From: Eledone cirrhosa
Taxonomy: Eukaryota
DNA: 64,000 nucleotides
Assembly: GCA_964016885.1 (NCBI GenBank)
Contig: OZ024742.1
Coordinates: 211,110,001-211,174,000 of the forward strand
Reading direction: 5' to 3'
In this document: positions 52,350 through 64,000 of the stretch, one piece after another
Numbering within the stretch: position 1 is the stretch's first letter
How the letters are laid out: each line of letters begins with the position of its first letter
Notes under the pieces: model-generated
Seen by the model: only the letters and a program-made list of their open reading frames with translations
What the model was told of the DNA's origin: nothing
Database searches by the model: none
Position numbers and translations under genes: made by a program

Positions 52350-52800
52350 TACTGATCTCTTCATTGCTGTAGTGGAGTCTGTGCTGCTGTATGGGTCTGA
52401 GACTTGGACAGTGACCAAGAAACTCACTCAGATGGTGGATGGGTGCTACACGAGAATGTTGAGGATGGCTCTGAACATTAATCAGTATACACTGAGGATG
52501 AAAAACTCAGAGCTGTATGGGAGCATCCCAAAAGTCAGCTCAAAAGTGACACAGAGGAGACTGAGGTTAACTGGACATGCTCACCGACATCCAGAGTTGA
52601 CATTGCACTCAGTGCTCCTTTGGGAGCCCCTACATGGACACACTAGAAGAGGAAGACCAAGGTTAACGTATGTTGATGCCCTCAGGACAGACACTGGTCT
52701 GTTGGAGACGCAGGACATGGCAGCGATAATGAGGGACAGAGACCGCTGGAGAGAACTCGTCCATGGATCTCGGGAATTTTACCCGCCTTAGAATAGAATT
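52350..52800 (+). mobile_element. RTE LINE 3' fragment nested in the hAT element
   Basis: ESVLLYGSETW, DGCYTRMLR, RRLRLTGH, GRPRLTY. Confidence 0.85.
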
Positions 52801-53147
52801 ACTGGTTAATGTCTCAATTACCGGACACACCTGCAGTCAGACTATAGTTATGCTGTCTGCAAGCTCATTCAAATGCATTCACACTGGCTGTCTCAAAGGC
52901 ATACAAATATGGCTTATAAAACTTACCAAAGTAAAGAGCCTTCCAGCGCCCCCTTATCCCCCCCCCCCCTGGAGTTCCGAAACGTCCCCCGGGGGTGCAT
53001 ATGCCTCCCGTTCAGAACCTTTGTTTTAGGGCTATCTGTTATTCATCAGTAAAATAATTAGCGGTCATTATAAATAGGTTGTCATGTGGTCCTAACTGAC
53101 TCAGTCCTCTGCCTCTTCGTCTGTACAACACAGCCTGAATATATAAC

Positions 53148-53330
53148 TGTTTCTACTTTAGGCACAAGGCCAGCAATCACCCAGTGCATTACTGGTACTT
53201 TATTTTATCGACCCCGTAAGTATGAAAGGCAAAGTCAACCTCGGCGGGATTTGAACTCAGGTCGTAAAGGGACGTAACTATGCTGGAAAGCATGGTGTCT
53301 GACCCTCTACCGATACTGTCAATCCACCGC
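53148..53330 (-). mobile_element. Meta-domain SINE with 17-bp TSD
   Basis: cagcctgaatatataac on both sides. Confidence 0.85.
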
Positions 53331-53459
53331 CAGCCTGAATATATAACGGTTACTACTACTACACCAGCCAGCCACGCACTGTCGACTACAACTTGTCACT
53401 TTTCTTTTAACTGAGGCTTTACTGAACACTGTATTTATTTGTGAACACTATAATCAAAC

Positions 53460-53645
53460 ATTTGGATTGGCAGTATCGGTAGAAGGTCGGACGCCATGCT
53501 TTGACGCATAGAGTTACGTCCCTTGCCATTCTGAGTTCAAATCCCCCCGAGGTTAACTTTGCCTTTCATCCTTACGGGGTCGATAAAATAAAGTACCAGT
53601 AATGCAGTGGGTAATTGCTGGCCTTGTGCCAAAAGTAGAAACAAT
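53460..53645 (+). mobile_element. Meta-domain SINE
   Basis: Inverted relative to 53148-53330. Confidence 0.85.
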
Positions 53646-53869
53646 TATATTTACGATTCGAAGTAATCATATTTGTTCCTTTTTGCTGAAGTGCAGTAAC
53701 GATATATATTCTACCAGAATTGTTGGTATTTGTCATGTTCGTCATTTCTTTCACAACAAATAAAACTTCACTTCAAACCTGCCACCTAGCTTCTCTTTTA
53801 GCTACTTGATACTGTTATTTGAGAGAAAGAAACTTCTCTAGAAGTTATTGACAGCTTTTGCTACCTAGA

Positions 53870-54250
53870 TCAAAAGTGGAGGGTGATGCTCAAAAAGCAT
53901 AATAGTGTAGTAGTTAGAGTAAGAACAGGCTGTGAGAAGGTTAGGGAGCCTGTACCAGTTAACAACGAGGGTTTCTCTCTCGGAATGAAGGGTAGACTGT
54001 ATGATGCTTGTGTGAGAGTTGTGATGATACATTGCTGGTAGACATGGGATTTGACTGCAGAAGACCTGCTACAGTTAGAAAGAAATGAAGCGAGTATACT
54101 CCAGTGGATGTGTAAAGTTAGCATGCATAAACGACATGGTATAAGTGAACTGAGAGAAAAAATCAGTATAAGTGGAATCTGATATAGTGTGCAAAGGAGA
54201 AGATTGCTGGTATGGACATGAGATGTGTGTGGAAGATGACAGCTACAGTG
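53870..54250 (+). mobile_element. Degenerate RTE fragment
   Basis: MKGRLYDACV...LERNEASILQWMC. Confidence 0.75.
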
Positions 54251-54379
54251 GGTTGTTGTCTGTAAACTTGTCTTCTTTTACAGATGTTTGTTCTATTGAG
54301 GAAATGTTGATACACACACATACCAGTATGGAACAGAATCAATAAAGAAATTTGATAGCTACACTTTGCTGGTGTTGTT

Positions 54380-54552
54380 GACCTGCCAACATCTAAAAAC
54401 ACAAACAGAGAGTACCATGAAAATAAATGCCTGAAAACGGGGAGATTTTATATAATGAAAGCTATACCCATTTTCACAAGAGAAGACATCTCTCACAGAC
54501 CCCAAAGTGAGTGGGAGATCTCCCCGTCAGACGGGATGAATCAACAGGTCTG
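54380..54552. mobile_element. MITE, second copy
   Basis: Reverse complement of 33644-33820. Confidence 0.75.
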
Positions 54553-54643
54553 TGATTCCCCACAATTACACATCATTCATTGACTTCTAGATGATTGCGT
54601 CCATTTGTTCTTTGAATATAGCATAAATAAAATAGTATCTTAC

Positions 54644-54773
54644 CCTTTCTTTAGGATATTGTCCAAACATGTCAGGGTGAACAGCAAAATAGAAAGGACG
54701 GAGTGCAGCAGCCACTTCACTAGTGTTCATATTTCGTTTTACTTTTGAACACAAATGATAGGCTAGATGTTTC
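54644..54773 (-). CDS. TCAIM: TCAIM (T-cell activation inhibitor, mitochondrial; DUF4460) coding exon 2
   Basis: ttctgcag|...EVAAALRPFYFAVHPDMFGQYPKER|gtaaga; ALRPFYFAVHPD.FGQ.P.ER is the TCAIM J-like signature. Confidence 0.93.
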
Positions 54774-55408
54774 CTGCAGAAGACAGTTAAGCAATACCAT
54801 ATACTTGCATTTATGAAGACGAATTCAAATACAAAACAATAAAAGTAGGTATATGAGTGAAAAGAAAACCAATAACCATTTTGATAACTATATCTACATC
54901 GTCATACTTGAACTACATAAAAAAAACAAATTTAATCTCTTTAATATTATTAAATGTCATTGATCATTGATCTTCTAGAGCTAATACTGACCAATTGTTT
55001 TCTTTAGGGTCGAATAAATTCCTTTTAAACGTTTTGAGTAACGAAGCCCTATAAGTGAAGTATTTTCTTCTTAAACTTGTGTTAAACTAACGTTAGAGAA
55101 CAGAAATAATAAAATTGAAATGTTTTCAATAAGATTAACAACTGTTTATAAAAATGTTTTGAAAGAAGATCAACTTTGAAAATGTTATTCAAAGAACCAA
55201 CAGCACATGTTTATCAATAACCTTCAGGTTGTTGAATTTTACATAAATCAACATAAAATAATAATTAATGAAAATAAGGGAAATAAATTATTCAAACGTT
55301 TTCGGATAATGATATAACTACTGCATTGTGTTAAAGTAATTCAAATGCTTCTTTTAAGTTAAAAACAAATTTCAACTAGAAACTTTATTATTGTCTTGCA
55401 TTACTTAC

Positions 55409-55443
55409 TTGGAAGAAAGTACTGTTAACATTTTTGTAAACAT
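55409..55443 (-). CDS. TCAIM: TCAIM coding exon 1 (probable mitochondrial presequence start)
   Basis: ATG...MFTKMLTVLSS+AA|gtaagt; phase 2 fits exon 2. Confidence 0.7.
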
Positions 55444-55937
55444 ATTTTCAGAAAGCTGCTAGGAGGTATTTCGTTTATGTGATATGATTTAGTAATCCCA
55501 TTTATTTCACTTTCAAATTCGTTGTTGCTGTTGTTTTAAACAATACCATGACATTCAAAATTATCCGAAGGGCATTATATTCAGTTTTGTTATAAAGCCC
55601 AAACGAAAATATAAACAGCTGATTGCTATGTGAACTTAACAGGTTATATCGGGTTCTCTGTGACGTAAATGCAAGCGAAAGTATATTGTTTAGGTAAGCT
55701 TTCGAAAGGAAAAGTTAAAACTTGTATATTTATAAAATAGGAACAGAAAAAAAAGAGAATGACTTTTCACTTTTAGCGTTATTTATTTTCCGAAATTGCT
55801 GATACGAAAATGAAGAACTGACTTTCTTAATAGAAGCGAGACCGCTTATGTTCTCAAGTATTAAGGTTGTAGTTCAAAGTTGATCGTTCGTGTGTGATAA
55901 CAAAAAGAAACAGGAGTCTTTTTTTTTTTTACAAAAT
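55444..55937. promoter_or_regulatory. Putative bidirectional promoter and 5' UTRs
   Basis: 494 bp between divergent ATGs; no repeats; CRE-like tgacgtaa at 55661. Confidence 0.6.
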
Positions 55938-55999
55938 ATGGCTATGAATGAAAAAAAACTCAATGAAGGTCATGCACACATGCGAACAGCCGAAAACAG
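55938..55999 (+). CDS. NAPG: Gamma-SNAP coding exon 1
   Basis: MAMNEKKLNEGHAHMRTAEN+AG|gtttgt; resembles NAPG MAAQKINEGLEHLAKAEK. Confidence 0.85.
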
Positions 56000-56179
56000 G
56001 TTTGTCTTTATACCCATAAATGTTTATTCCTTCATTACGAAGCATTATTTGTTTCCTTAATTGACATTTATGTTTTGAAAAACAAAAACAAAAACTGGTA
56101 TGTGAATTAGATAAAAACAGACACCCATCGAACTTGATTAATTTCAAGCTTAGAAATTATTCTGATTAGAATCTTTAAT

Positions 56180-56220
<41 letters not shown>

Positions 56221-57540
56221 CATGTGTATTGGACATGATATTTCGTGTCAAACCTTCCTTTCATTATATGAGGTAGTTAGGTATTATATTACATTCTTTA
56301 AACTTGTTAATGTTACAGAACATGGTAAACGCCGAAGTTAGCTTTGCCTTTCATCCTTAATTTGTTGATAAAATAAAGCACCAGTAACGCACTGGGCCCG
56401 ATTTAATCGACTTTCCCCTTGCCCAAAATTGTTGGTCTTGTGCTTAACTCAGAAACCATTATTATATCAGTCTTTTCTTTTCTTTTTTCGTACTCGTATT
56501 CTTGTTACCCAAATTTTTAATTTTTCTATAAATTTCTAGTATTTAAAAAGAAATTTAATATCAGTTCATTTTTGTTAATAGAAAAGATTTTAAAAAATCA
56601 TATTGTCCCGTACTTCGTCCCTGATTACTTTTAATGTAAACTGAAACTTAACATATCACTGCTGTATTCTTTAACAAATTAACACACCTACATTATTGAT
56701 AAACTGCTGTTTTGAAAGGATAAAATGATAGTTAAGAACTACGTGGATTTTGGAGATTTAACACTGATTTATTATATAGCTCATATTAATAATTTCTTAA
56801 TTATATAGGACATATTAATGACAAGAAAAATTAAAATTCATCTTGTGGGTCTGTATCTTCATCGGTTTGACTCTAGATTCTGTATGCGCTGTAAGTTATC
56901 ATAATTATAAGATATCCTATATCAATACATATGATTATCAGCTGTTATAAGTCATTTAAGTTCACTTTCATTGCTAATGTTGTTTTTTTAATGAAAGTAT
57001 TAAATTTCATTTTTATAACCTTCAAATGGCAGCGATGCATGCTTCGCTCGATTTACCTAGTATATCTCATGAATGAACCCGATGGTTAGATGAATGTTAT
57101 CTAATAGCATTGCTAATTAAATGAAAGGGGCTTGGTTATAAATAAGTGAATAAGGCTTCCAAATGTAAAGGCCCTGTCGCAACTATAGCTGTGTTTTGGA
57201 TAAACACTTTACAGTAGGCGTATATAAATTTGGATACCACTCCGATGTTGATGGCGAAGTCCATTGTTGTGACTTAGAATATCTGCATATTGACAAGTCT
57301 TAAGAGTGGCTGCTTATTGACAAGTTTTCTACGGTGACATTTCTCGCATAGTTTCGTTCCATCCTTTGCTTGTTTTTCGCATTCAGTACTCATTTCTCAC
57401 TACTGTGCAATATCGCACTTCTCAAATATACATTTTATAATCTGCCTTTAACTCAAACGAAGAAACCTCTGCCATCACAGGCACTATTTCCCTGTACTCC
57501 TACTCTATCCTAACTCTAGTTACTCCGCTTTCACCAGATA

Positions 57541-57650
57541 ATTGTTTCTACTTTAGGCACAAGGCCAGCAACCACCAGTGCATTACTGGTTCTTTATTTT
57601 GTCGACCCCGTAAGGATGAAAGGCAAAGTCAACCTCGGCGGGATTTGACC
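57541..57650 (-). mobile_element. 5'-truncated Meta-domain SINE with 15-bp TSD
   Basis: ctttcaccagataat on both sides. Confidence 0.8.
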
Positions 57651-57850
57651 ACTTTCACCAGATAATGTTCTTTGAACTCCATCATATAATTCATACTAGC
57701 ATGAATTATTAGAATTAAATTACAGCCATGGAATATTTATGAAACCAGCATTTCACCATAAATATATGCATATCAATTCTGATTCAGTTTTTATTAAAAG
57801 AAAACTTGTTCATGAAATCTACTCTAAAAAAAGTTCAATTTCCTTTTCAG

Positions 57851-57918
57851 TCAGAAGACATCACTGTTCAAATGGAAACCGGACTTAGAAGTGGCAATTG
57901 AAGAATATTCAAAAGCTG
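57851..57918 (+). CDS. NAPG: Gamma-SNAP coding exon 2
   Basis: ttttcag|(S)QKTSLFKWKPDLEVAIEEYSKA|gtaatt; resembles NAPG KTGFLKWKPDYDSAASEYGKA; phases fit exon 1. Confidence 0.9.
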
Positions 57919-58271
57919 GTAATTTAACTACAAATTTTGTATATATTTACCGTGTCAATGTGCATATGTATATTACTTCAAGTATCACATCAAAGCTGCA
58001 CTTATATATATTATTTCAAGTATCACATCAAAGCTGAAGCTGTAATAAGGCAACACCAGTCAAATTATTTGAAATAGTTCCTAAACACTAAATGATGTGA
58101 GAAATGAATTAATTCCTCCATCTGAGTGAACACATTAAGTAATACGAGGAAAACCCCCAAAATATTATATAGACCAGGTGTATGCAGCCACAGTATATAA
58201 CAACAACAACGATGAATATCAAAGGGGAATTTTTTCCCTTTTGGTATTCATCGTATAAATATATATATATA

Positions 58272-58333
<62 letters not shown>

Positions 58334-58464
58334 GATAAATCTACCAAAAGTTTACGGTAGTGTCCAATCCGTATGAAGAACTCAATGTAATCCGGATATC
58401 ATGGAAAGAAGAGATGCATTCAAAAATCACTTTCGGTGAAAGATAAACGGAATACAGAGTCAAG

Positions 58465-58865
58465 ATAAAATATTTAAAAAATAATGAATAAAACAAAGAA
58501 ACAGTTCCTTTTATTAAACAAAAAAAGTTCATTATTTAACGATCGTTTCTAGGACATATATGTGTTAGAATTGGCATGCATATTCAAAAGATCTATGTAC
58601 AAAATTATACAAACTATCAAGGAGAATATACATATCATCACATATATATGCTGTCTTCAGAAATAATTTCTGAAGACAGCATATATATGTGATGGTATGT
58701 ATATTCTCCTTGATAGTTTGTATAATTTTGTACATAGATCTTTTGAATATGCATGCCAATTGTAACACATATATGTCCTAGAAACGATCGTTAAATAATG
58801 AACTTTTTTTGTTTAATAAAAGGAACTGTTTCTTTGTTTTATTCATTATTTTTTTAATATTTTAT
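58465..58865. repeat. Near-perfect palindrome with arms of about 199 bp and a 3-nt loop
   Basis: Centre ttcagaaa taa tttctgaa; few mismatches; (TA)n nearby on both sides. Confidence 0.95.
58666..58796 (+). ncRNA. Hammerhead-like motif with very long stem II (mirrored on the minus strand)
   Basis: attt-CTGAAGA-...catatatatgtg...cacatatatg...-GAAA-cgatcg-TT-aaat. Confidence 0.5.
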
Positions 58866-59143
58866 ATATATATATATATGAAAGACGTAAATAAGAAAGT
58901 TATGAAAATTGACTTACTTACTAAAATTTCACTCCAACTAATTAGTTTCTGTAAGGGGATAAATATAGTTACGTAATATAACTATAGAGAAGCCTTACGT
59001 CATCAGGGAGTCTATTCTCAGCTAAGCTTCCAGGCAATGCGGGGACACTGGGAACTTATATAAAAATAATTCAGTGGATGGAAAAAAGCGAGCGGGGCTA
59101 GATTCCAAGACTATATATATATATACACACACATGCATATATA

Positions 59144-60456
59144 CGAGCGGGGATCAAAAAGTTCGCGGAATTTTTAAGAAAATAATCTATTTTTCAAAAA
59201 ATATGATTTACCTTCAATTTATTTTTCTACATAGTTGCCATCCAGGTCAATACACTTCACAAGGCGATGCTTCCAGCTTTGTAAGCCGTCTCTAAAGAAA
59301 GTTGAAGGCCTTGTTCGAAGCCATGTGTTGGCAGTGTTTTTAGCTTCTTCAACACCACTAAAACGGGTTCCTTTTAGCATTTCTTTGAGTTTTGGAAAGA
59401 GGAAAAAGTCTGATGGGGCTAAATCTGGGCTATAAGGCGGGTGAGGAAGCACTTCCCATCAAAATTCTCGAAGAACTTCTTTTGCCACCCGCGCAGAATC
59501 CGCTGGTGCATTGTCATGGTGAAACAAGATACCACCATGAAGTTTCCCTTTTCGTTTCTTGACTAATGCCTCTTTCAGCTTCCTTAAAACATTTGCATAG
59601 TCAGCTCCTGTCACAGTTCTTTGACCTTCAAGATAATCTATTAGTATCACCCCATCTGAACCCCAGAAAATGGTGGCCATCACTTTTTGATCCGACTTTT
59701 GAGATTTGAACTTGATTGGCCCCGATGATCCACGTGGAAGCCACTGTTTTGACTGCTGTTTGGATTCAGGATCATACTGGTAGATCCAGGTTTCATCTCC
59801 GGTGATGATTCTGGTCAGGAAATGCTCTTCATCAACTTCAATTTTGTTTAATATCGCCAAAGACAGATCACTTCGAAGAATCAGCTGATCAGGGCGCAAC
59901 GCTTTTGGGACCCATCACGCTGAAAGCTTGCTTAGTCCAAAATTATCGTGCAGAATTGAATTTGCCGAACCATATGAAATGTCTAGGGACTTAGCTAACT
60001 GATTAACTGTTATTCTTCGATCTTCTTCAATTAAAGTCTGAGCAGCCTCAACGTTTTGGTCATTTTTTGATGTTCCTGGTCTTCCACTGCGATGGTCGTC
60101 TTCAAGGTCGTCTTTCCCTTGTTTGAATCGCTGAATCCACTTGTAGACAGCAGTTTTCTTTGGAGCAGTAGTACCGTAAACTCTAACTAAAGCCTCCATA
60201 ATCTGTGTCCCTTTCCATTTGAGTTTCACCAGAAACTTGATATTCGATATTATCTCAAAATAACTATTTTCCATTGTTCCAAAAAGAGGTTTTTTAAAGA
60301 GTGTCAGTACTGTACAATAGTCCGCGCATAACTGACTGCAAGTGACTAATAGCAACGTAAACACCCAGTGACATTGTTTTGACATGTTTAATATTGTTTT
60401 AACCTGATTTTTTTCTTGCTACGATAAAATTCTGCAAACTTTTTGATCCCCTCTCG
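59144..60456 (-). mobile_element. Full-length mariner (DD34D) transposon
   Basis: TIRs of about 30 bp (cgagcggggatcaaaaagt / actttttgatcccctctcg); TA TSD. Confidence 0.95.
59219..60274 (-). pseudogene. Mariner transposase with two in-frame TGA stops
   Basis: RSGRP, WVPK, GDETW, HHDNA, YSPDLAPSD; single reading frame with stops at 59915 and 59459. Confidence 0.92.
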
Positions 60457-60801
60457 TATGTGTAACTCAGTATCCCTTGTAATGTGGTGGACGAAAAGAC
60501 TGAGGCAATATAAGGTAGAGAGGTCTCCTTTGTCCCTGTCAAGGATTTGATAACCTTTTTAGTGTTGGTGCCTTGATAAAGTGAAACCTGTACACTATGT
60601 AAAGTGGTTGGCAATTGAACACATACAATATAGGGTAGAAAGAACTCTTCAATCTCGTTGAGTATATGACATCTCTAGTGCTGCTGCTACAATAAAATGC
60701 ACCCAGTATACTCTGTAATGTATGAAATAATGAAAATTAGTGTGTATAGTGCTCAGGTGCACTACTACTCATCAAAGGTACATGTATAGTACATAGAATA
60801 A

Positions 60802-60972
60802 TTGTTTCTACGTTTGGCACAAGGCCAGCAATTACCCAGTGCATTACTGGTACTTTATTTTATCGACCCTGTAAGGATGAAAGGCAAAGTTAACCTCGGC
60901 GGAATTTGAACTCAGAATGGCAAGGGCCGCAACGCTATACGTCAAAGCATGGCGTCCGACCCTCTACCACCC
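60802..60972 (-). mobile_element. Meta-domain SINE with 18-bp TSD
   Basis: tatagtacatagaataat on both sides. Confidence 0.85.
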
Positions 60973-61429
60973 TATAGTACATAGAATAATGCACAAATGA
61001 TAGATTTTTCAGGATTTTTAATGAGAGGGGTCCCCATTCTATCATGTTACAGCCCCTACCAATGCAGGTTTAGTAGGCCTCCTATGAGATTGTATCTCAT
61101 AGGAGGTTTCTGAAGTGTTTTAATGATAGGAGCCCTAAACCAACCATGTTCTTACAACACACACCTATGAAGGTTTAACAGGCTTCATACAATGTTGTAC
61201 TTCATGGGAGGACACTTGGGTGTTTTAATGAAAGGAACCCCTGTCCTATGTTACAATTAAAACTCATGCCTGTGTAGGTTTAGCTGGCCCCTAGAAGATT
61301 GCATGTTGTAGCTTTTTTTTTGTGGGGGGAGGGGGTAAAGTCTCTATCTTATATTGTCACAGCTCACACCTGAGTATATGTAGCTGGCCTCCTATGAGGA
61401 GGTTTTTCTTCTCGGGTGTTTCAGCGATA

Positions 61430-61745
61430 GGAGGCTCCCAGTCTGGGAATTGAACCCACATCCTTAATGATAGTGAGTCCCAAGACCTTAGAGGCTGCCA
61501 GTCTGGAAATCGAACCCACATCCCAGAGGCTACCAATATGGGAATCAAACCCAGAGGCTACCAATCTGAGAAGCAAACCCAGAGGCTGCCAGTCTAGGAA
61601 TCAAACCCAGAAGCTGCCAGTCTGGGAATCAAACCCAGAAGCTGCCAGTCTGGGAGTCAAACCCAGAGCCTTCCAGTCTATGTATCGAACACACATCTTT
61701 ATAACAGTGAGTCTCAACACCTTAACCACTAGGCCACATGCCTTT
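61430..61745 (-). repeat. SINE head followed by a tandem array (about 27 bp) of its B-box segment
   Basis: Minus strand A box tggcctagtgg, then repeats of tgggtt(t/c)gattcccagactggcagc(c/t)tc. Confidence 0.75.
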
Positions 61746-62889
61746 CGATGCTTGAGAGAGAAGGAAGGAGATAAAGATCTGGGCGTGTAGAGAAGAACTG
61801 AAGGGAAAAGGTTTATGATGATGGTGACAGGTCAGGGAAGGGCTTGGCTGGGACGGGGCAGTGGTGTGGTATTATGGAGAGAATATCAACAATCGCTCCA
61901 GTGTCTGTGGCCACAAAAAGACAGATCTAGTACACTGTGATATGGTAGTGCTAGTATCATGATAAATTGCACCTAGTACACTCTGTAAAGGGGTTTAGAT
62001 TAGGAAGGGGATCCTGCCATAGTAACTGTGCCAAACATGGAATATAAAAGCAAGATACAGTTCTCCAACTGGTTTAGTCTTGATCATAACAACTTGTCCA
62101 ACCCATAATAGCATAGAAAGTGGACATAAAATGATGATGATGATTATATGTTAACATTTAACATCTGTTTTCCCTGCTAGCATGGGTTGAATGGGTTGTC
62201 ATAGACCAAGTTAGTTCTCAAACAAGAATAATTATACCTTTGGCACAACTAAAGAATCTTCTCAACCCTTTTTGGCATGGTTTTTACAAAGGGATGCTCT
62301 TCCTATCATTCACCACCTTACAGGGTGCACTGGGTGCATTTTTCATGACACCATCACTAGAGAGGTTGGTCATCAACTCAATGGATGGGCCTTTGACTAC
62401 TGAGGCAGAGGGATTAAAAGGGATGAGGAGTATGATGTCATTGGTGTGTGTCAAGTCTGATAATAGTTACTATGAAGTGATAGTGAAGAGGACCATAAAT
62501 GAGCTGGAGGGTGTACAGTGAGGGTGAGAATAGCTACGATGAGGTGATAGAGAAGGACTAGGTCATTTCTTTAATGCTGGTAAACAAGTCTACTTCAGTA
62601 CCACATTGCCAATCTTTACAGTCCTTGGTCATCTCTGCTGTGGTTTCAGCTTCACTACTTCATCTCATGTCTTCTTATGTGTACCTCTTCCCCAAGTCCC
62701 ATCAACTGAGATTTCTCTGCACTTCTTTGTACAACTGTCTTCATGTCCATACCAATGCAGTCTTCTCTTCTCATGCACCATCTCATAAGACCAAGACAAC
62801 CCAAGGATAGATGAGTTACAGTCTCCACTATCATGTCACCCCAAACATATGGCCTCCTAGCTCCCCAGACCTGAATCCATAAAACTACT

Positions 62890-63400
62890 ATGTATGTGGC
62901 TGTTTTTCTCTAAAAATGAAAGGCAGATTGTATGATGCATGTATATGAACAGCAATATTACATGGTAGTGAGACTTGGGCATTGTGTGCTGAAGACTTGC
63001 GTAGATTAGAAAGAAATGAATCTTGCATGTTCCGATGGATGTGTAATAGAAATGTGCGCAAAAGGCGAAGCATAAACAAATTAAGAGGGAGACTAAGTAT
63101 AAGGTGTATCAAATGTTGTGTTCTGGAGAGGAGATTGCATTGGTATGGACATGTGATGCATATGAAGGACGACAGCTGTATAAAAAAGTGCAGGGCAATG
63201 AAAATTGATGGAAGCTGTGGAGTGGGTAGACCAAGAAAAACCTGGGACAAGGTGATAAAAACTGACCTTGTTCACCTACACCTCTCTAAGACAATGACAC
63301 TGGGTCGAGACCTTTGGCGCTATGCAGTTGCACAGAAGACCCAATTGCCATTGCATACAAACCTACAGCCAGTAGGCACCACTTAACCCAATGCACACCC
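62890..63400 (+). mobile_element. RTE 3' fragment (family of 9516-11600)
   Basis: CAEDLRRLERNE...RLHWYGHV...GRPRKTW. Confidence 0.88.
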
Positions 63401-63677
63401 TACCCCATTATCCCCATAACACTATAAAATTTCTGAAGTCCGTTGTAACTAGCTCAATATCCAAAATACATAAAGATCATCTGATTCGGACATGTCAATA
63501 TTTCAGACTTTGTTGAAGCAGTTATCAATGCTAATGATGGATTCATTGAGTATAGGCATCAAGAAGAGTTTCAAAATTATTCCTACCATTTTTTTCTCAA
63601 ATAAAGTTCTTTCATGACTTATGCATCTTTTACTAAATCCATGCAAATGTCCTCAAGGAATTGAACAATCCTGTGTT

Positions 63678-63717
<40 letters not shown>

Positions 63718-64000
63718 AAAAAAGTAAACAGAAATAACAAAGCAAACGACACAGTACAGTGAAGAAATATATTAGTTTAATGCTTGATATAGTAGGAAAA
63801 GAGTCTTAATATTTTGGACACTAGTCATTCATCAGAAAATAGAATGGGAAATAAAAGATGAAATAGAAGTGAGAAGAGGGAGGAACAGAAACAAAAAAAA
63901 TTTTAAAAAACATGTATTCAGTCAACCATGTTTATATATACACACAACTAAGTACAACTCATTCTCTTTAAGACCATCCCCATGACAAAGCACTAGCTCT

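Larger units (their letters stand above)
50296..53023 (-). mobile_element. hAT Charlie/Buster element with transposase remnant (about 50940-51985)
   Basis: TIRs cacaggttctcaac / gttcagaacctttg; 8-bp TSD ttctagga / ttttaggg; HCVIHRQHL, LLHTEVRWLSKG, FPSSYLVERG, RGDL. Confidence 0.88.

Noticed and set aside
63507-63560. Possible NAPG exon 3
   Set aside because: The translation does not resemble the expected VAFKNAK segment and there is no good donor site.
63805-63840. Minus-strand CTGATGA minimal hammerhead
   Set aside because: GAAA and stem II are mutated; counted only as a decayed relic.

Overview
AT-rich, repeat-dense animal genomic DNA. The SINE/RTE families and the long (TA)n/(ATC)n tracts suggest a coleoid cephalopod such as Octopus (inference). 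Two host genes sit head-to-head, with ATGs about 0.5 kb apart: TCAIM (minus strand, three coding exons found at 55409-55443, 54644-54773 and 43347-43473) and gamma-SNAP/NAPG (plus strand, exons at 55938-55999 and 57851-57918). The rest is nested transposon debris: a Gypsy LTR element with mismatched LTRs inside a CR1-group LINE, several RTE LINEs, a CRE-like fragment, hAT, mariner and piggyBac-type elements, canonical non-autonomous Helitrons, and a 5-kb Helitron-like Rep-PIF1 gene that ends in a USP-type protease Cys box. The most notable non-coding signals are: (1) six different type-I hammerhead ribozyme motifs plus one decayed copy, tied to Penelope-like remnants, (TA)n tracts, long palindromes and a partial tandem repeat; (2) two minisatellites, one 4.7 kb long, that grew out of the Pol III B-box region of SINEs. 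All calls were made by eye; no searches or folding programs were run.
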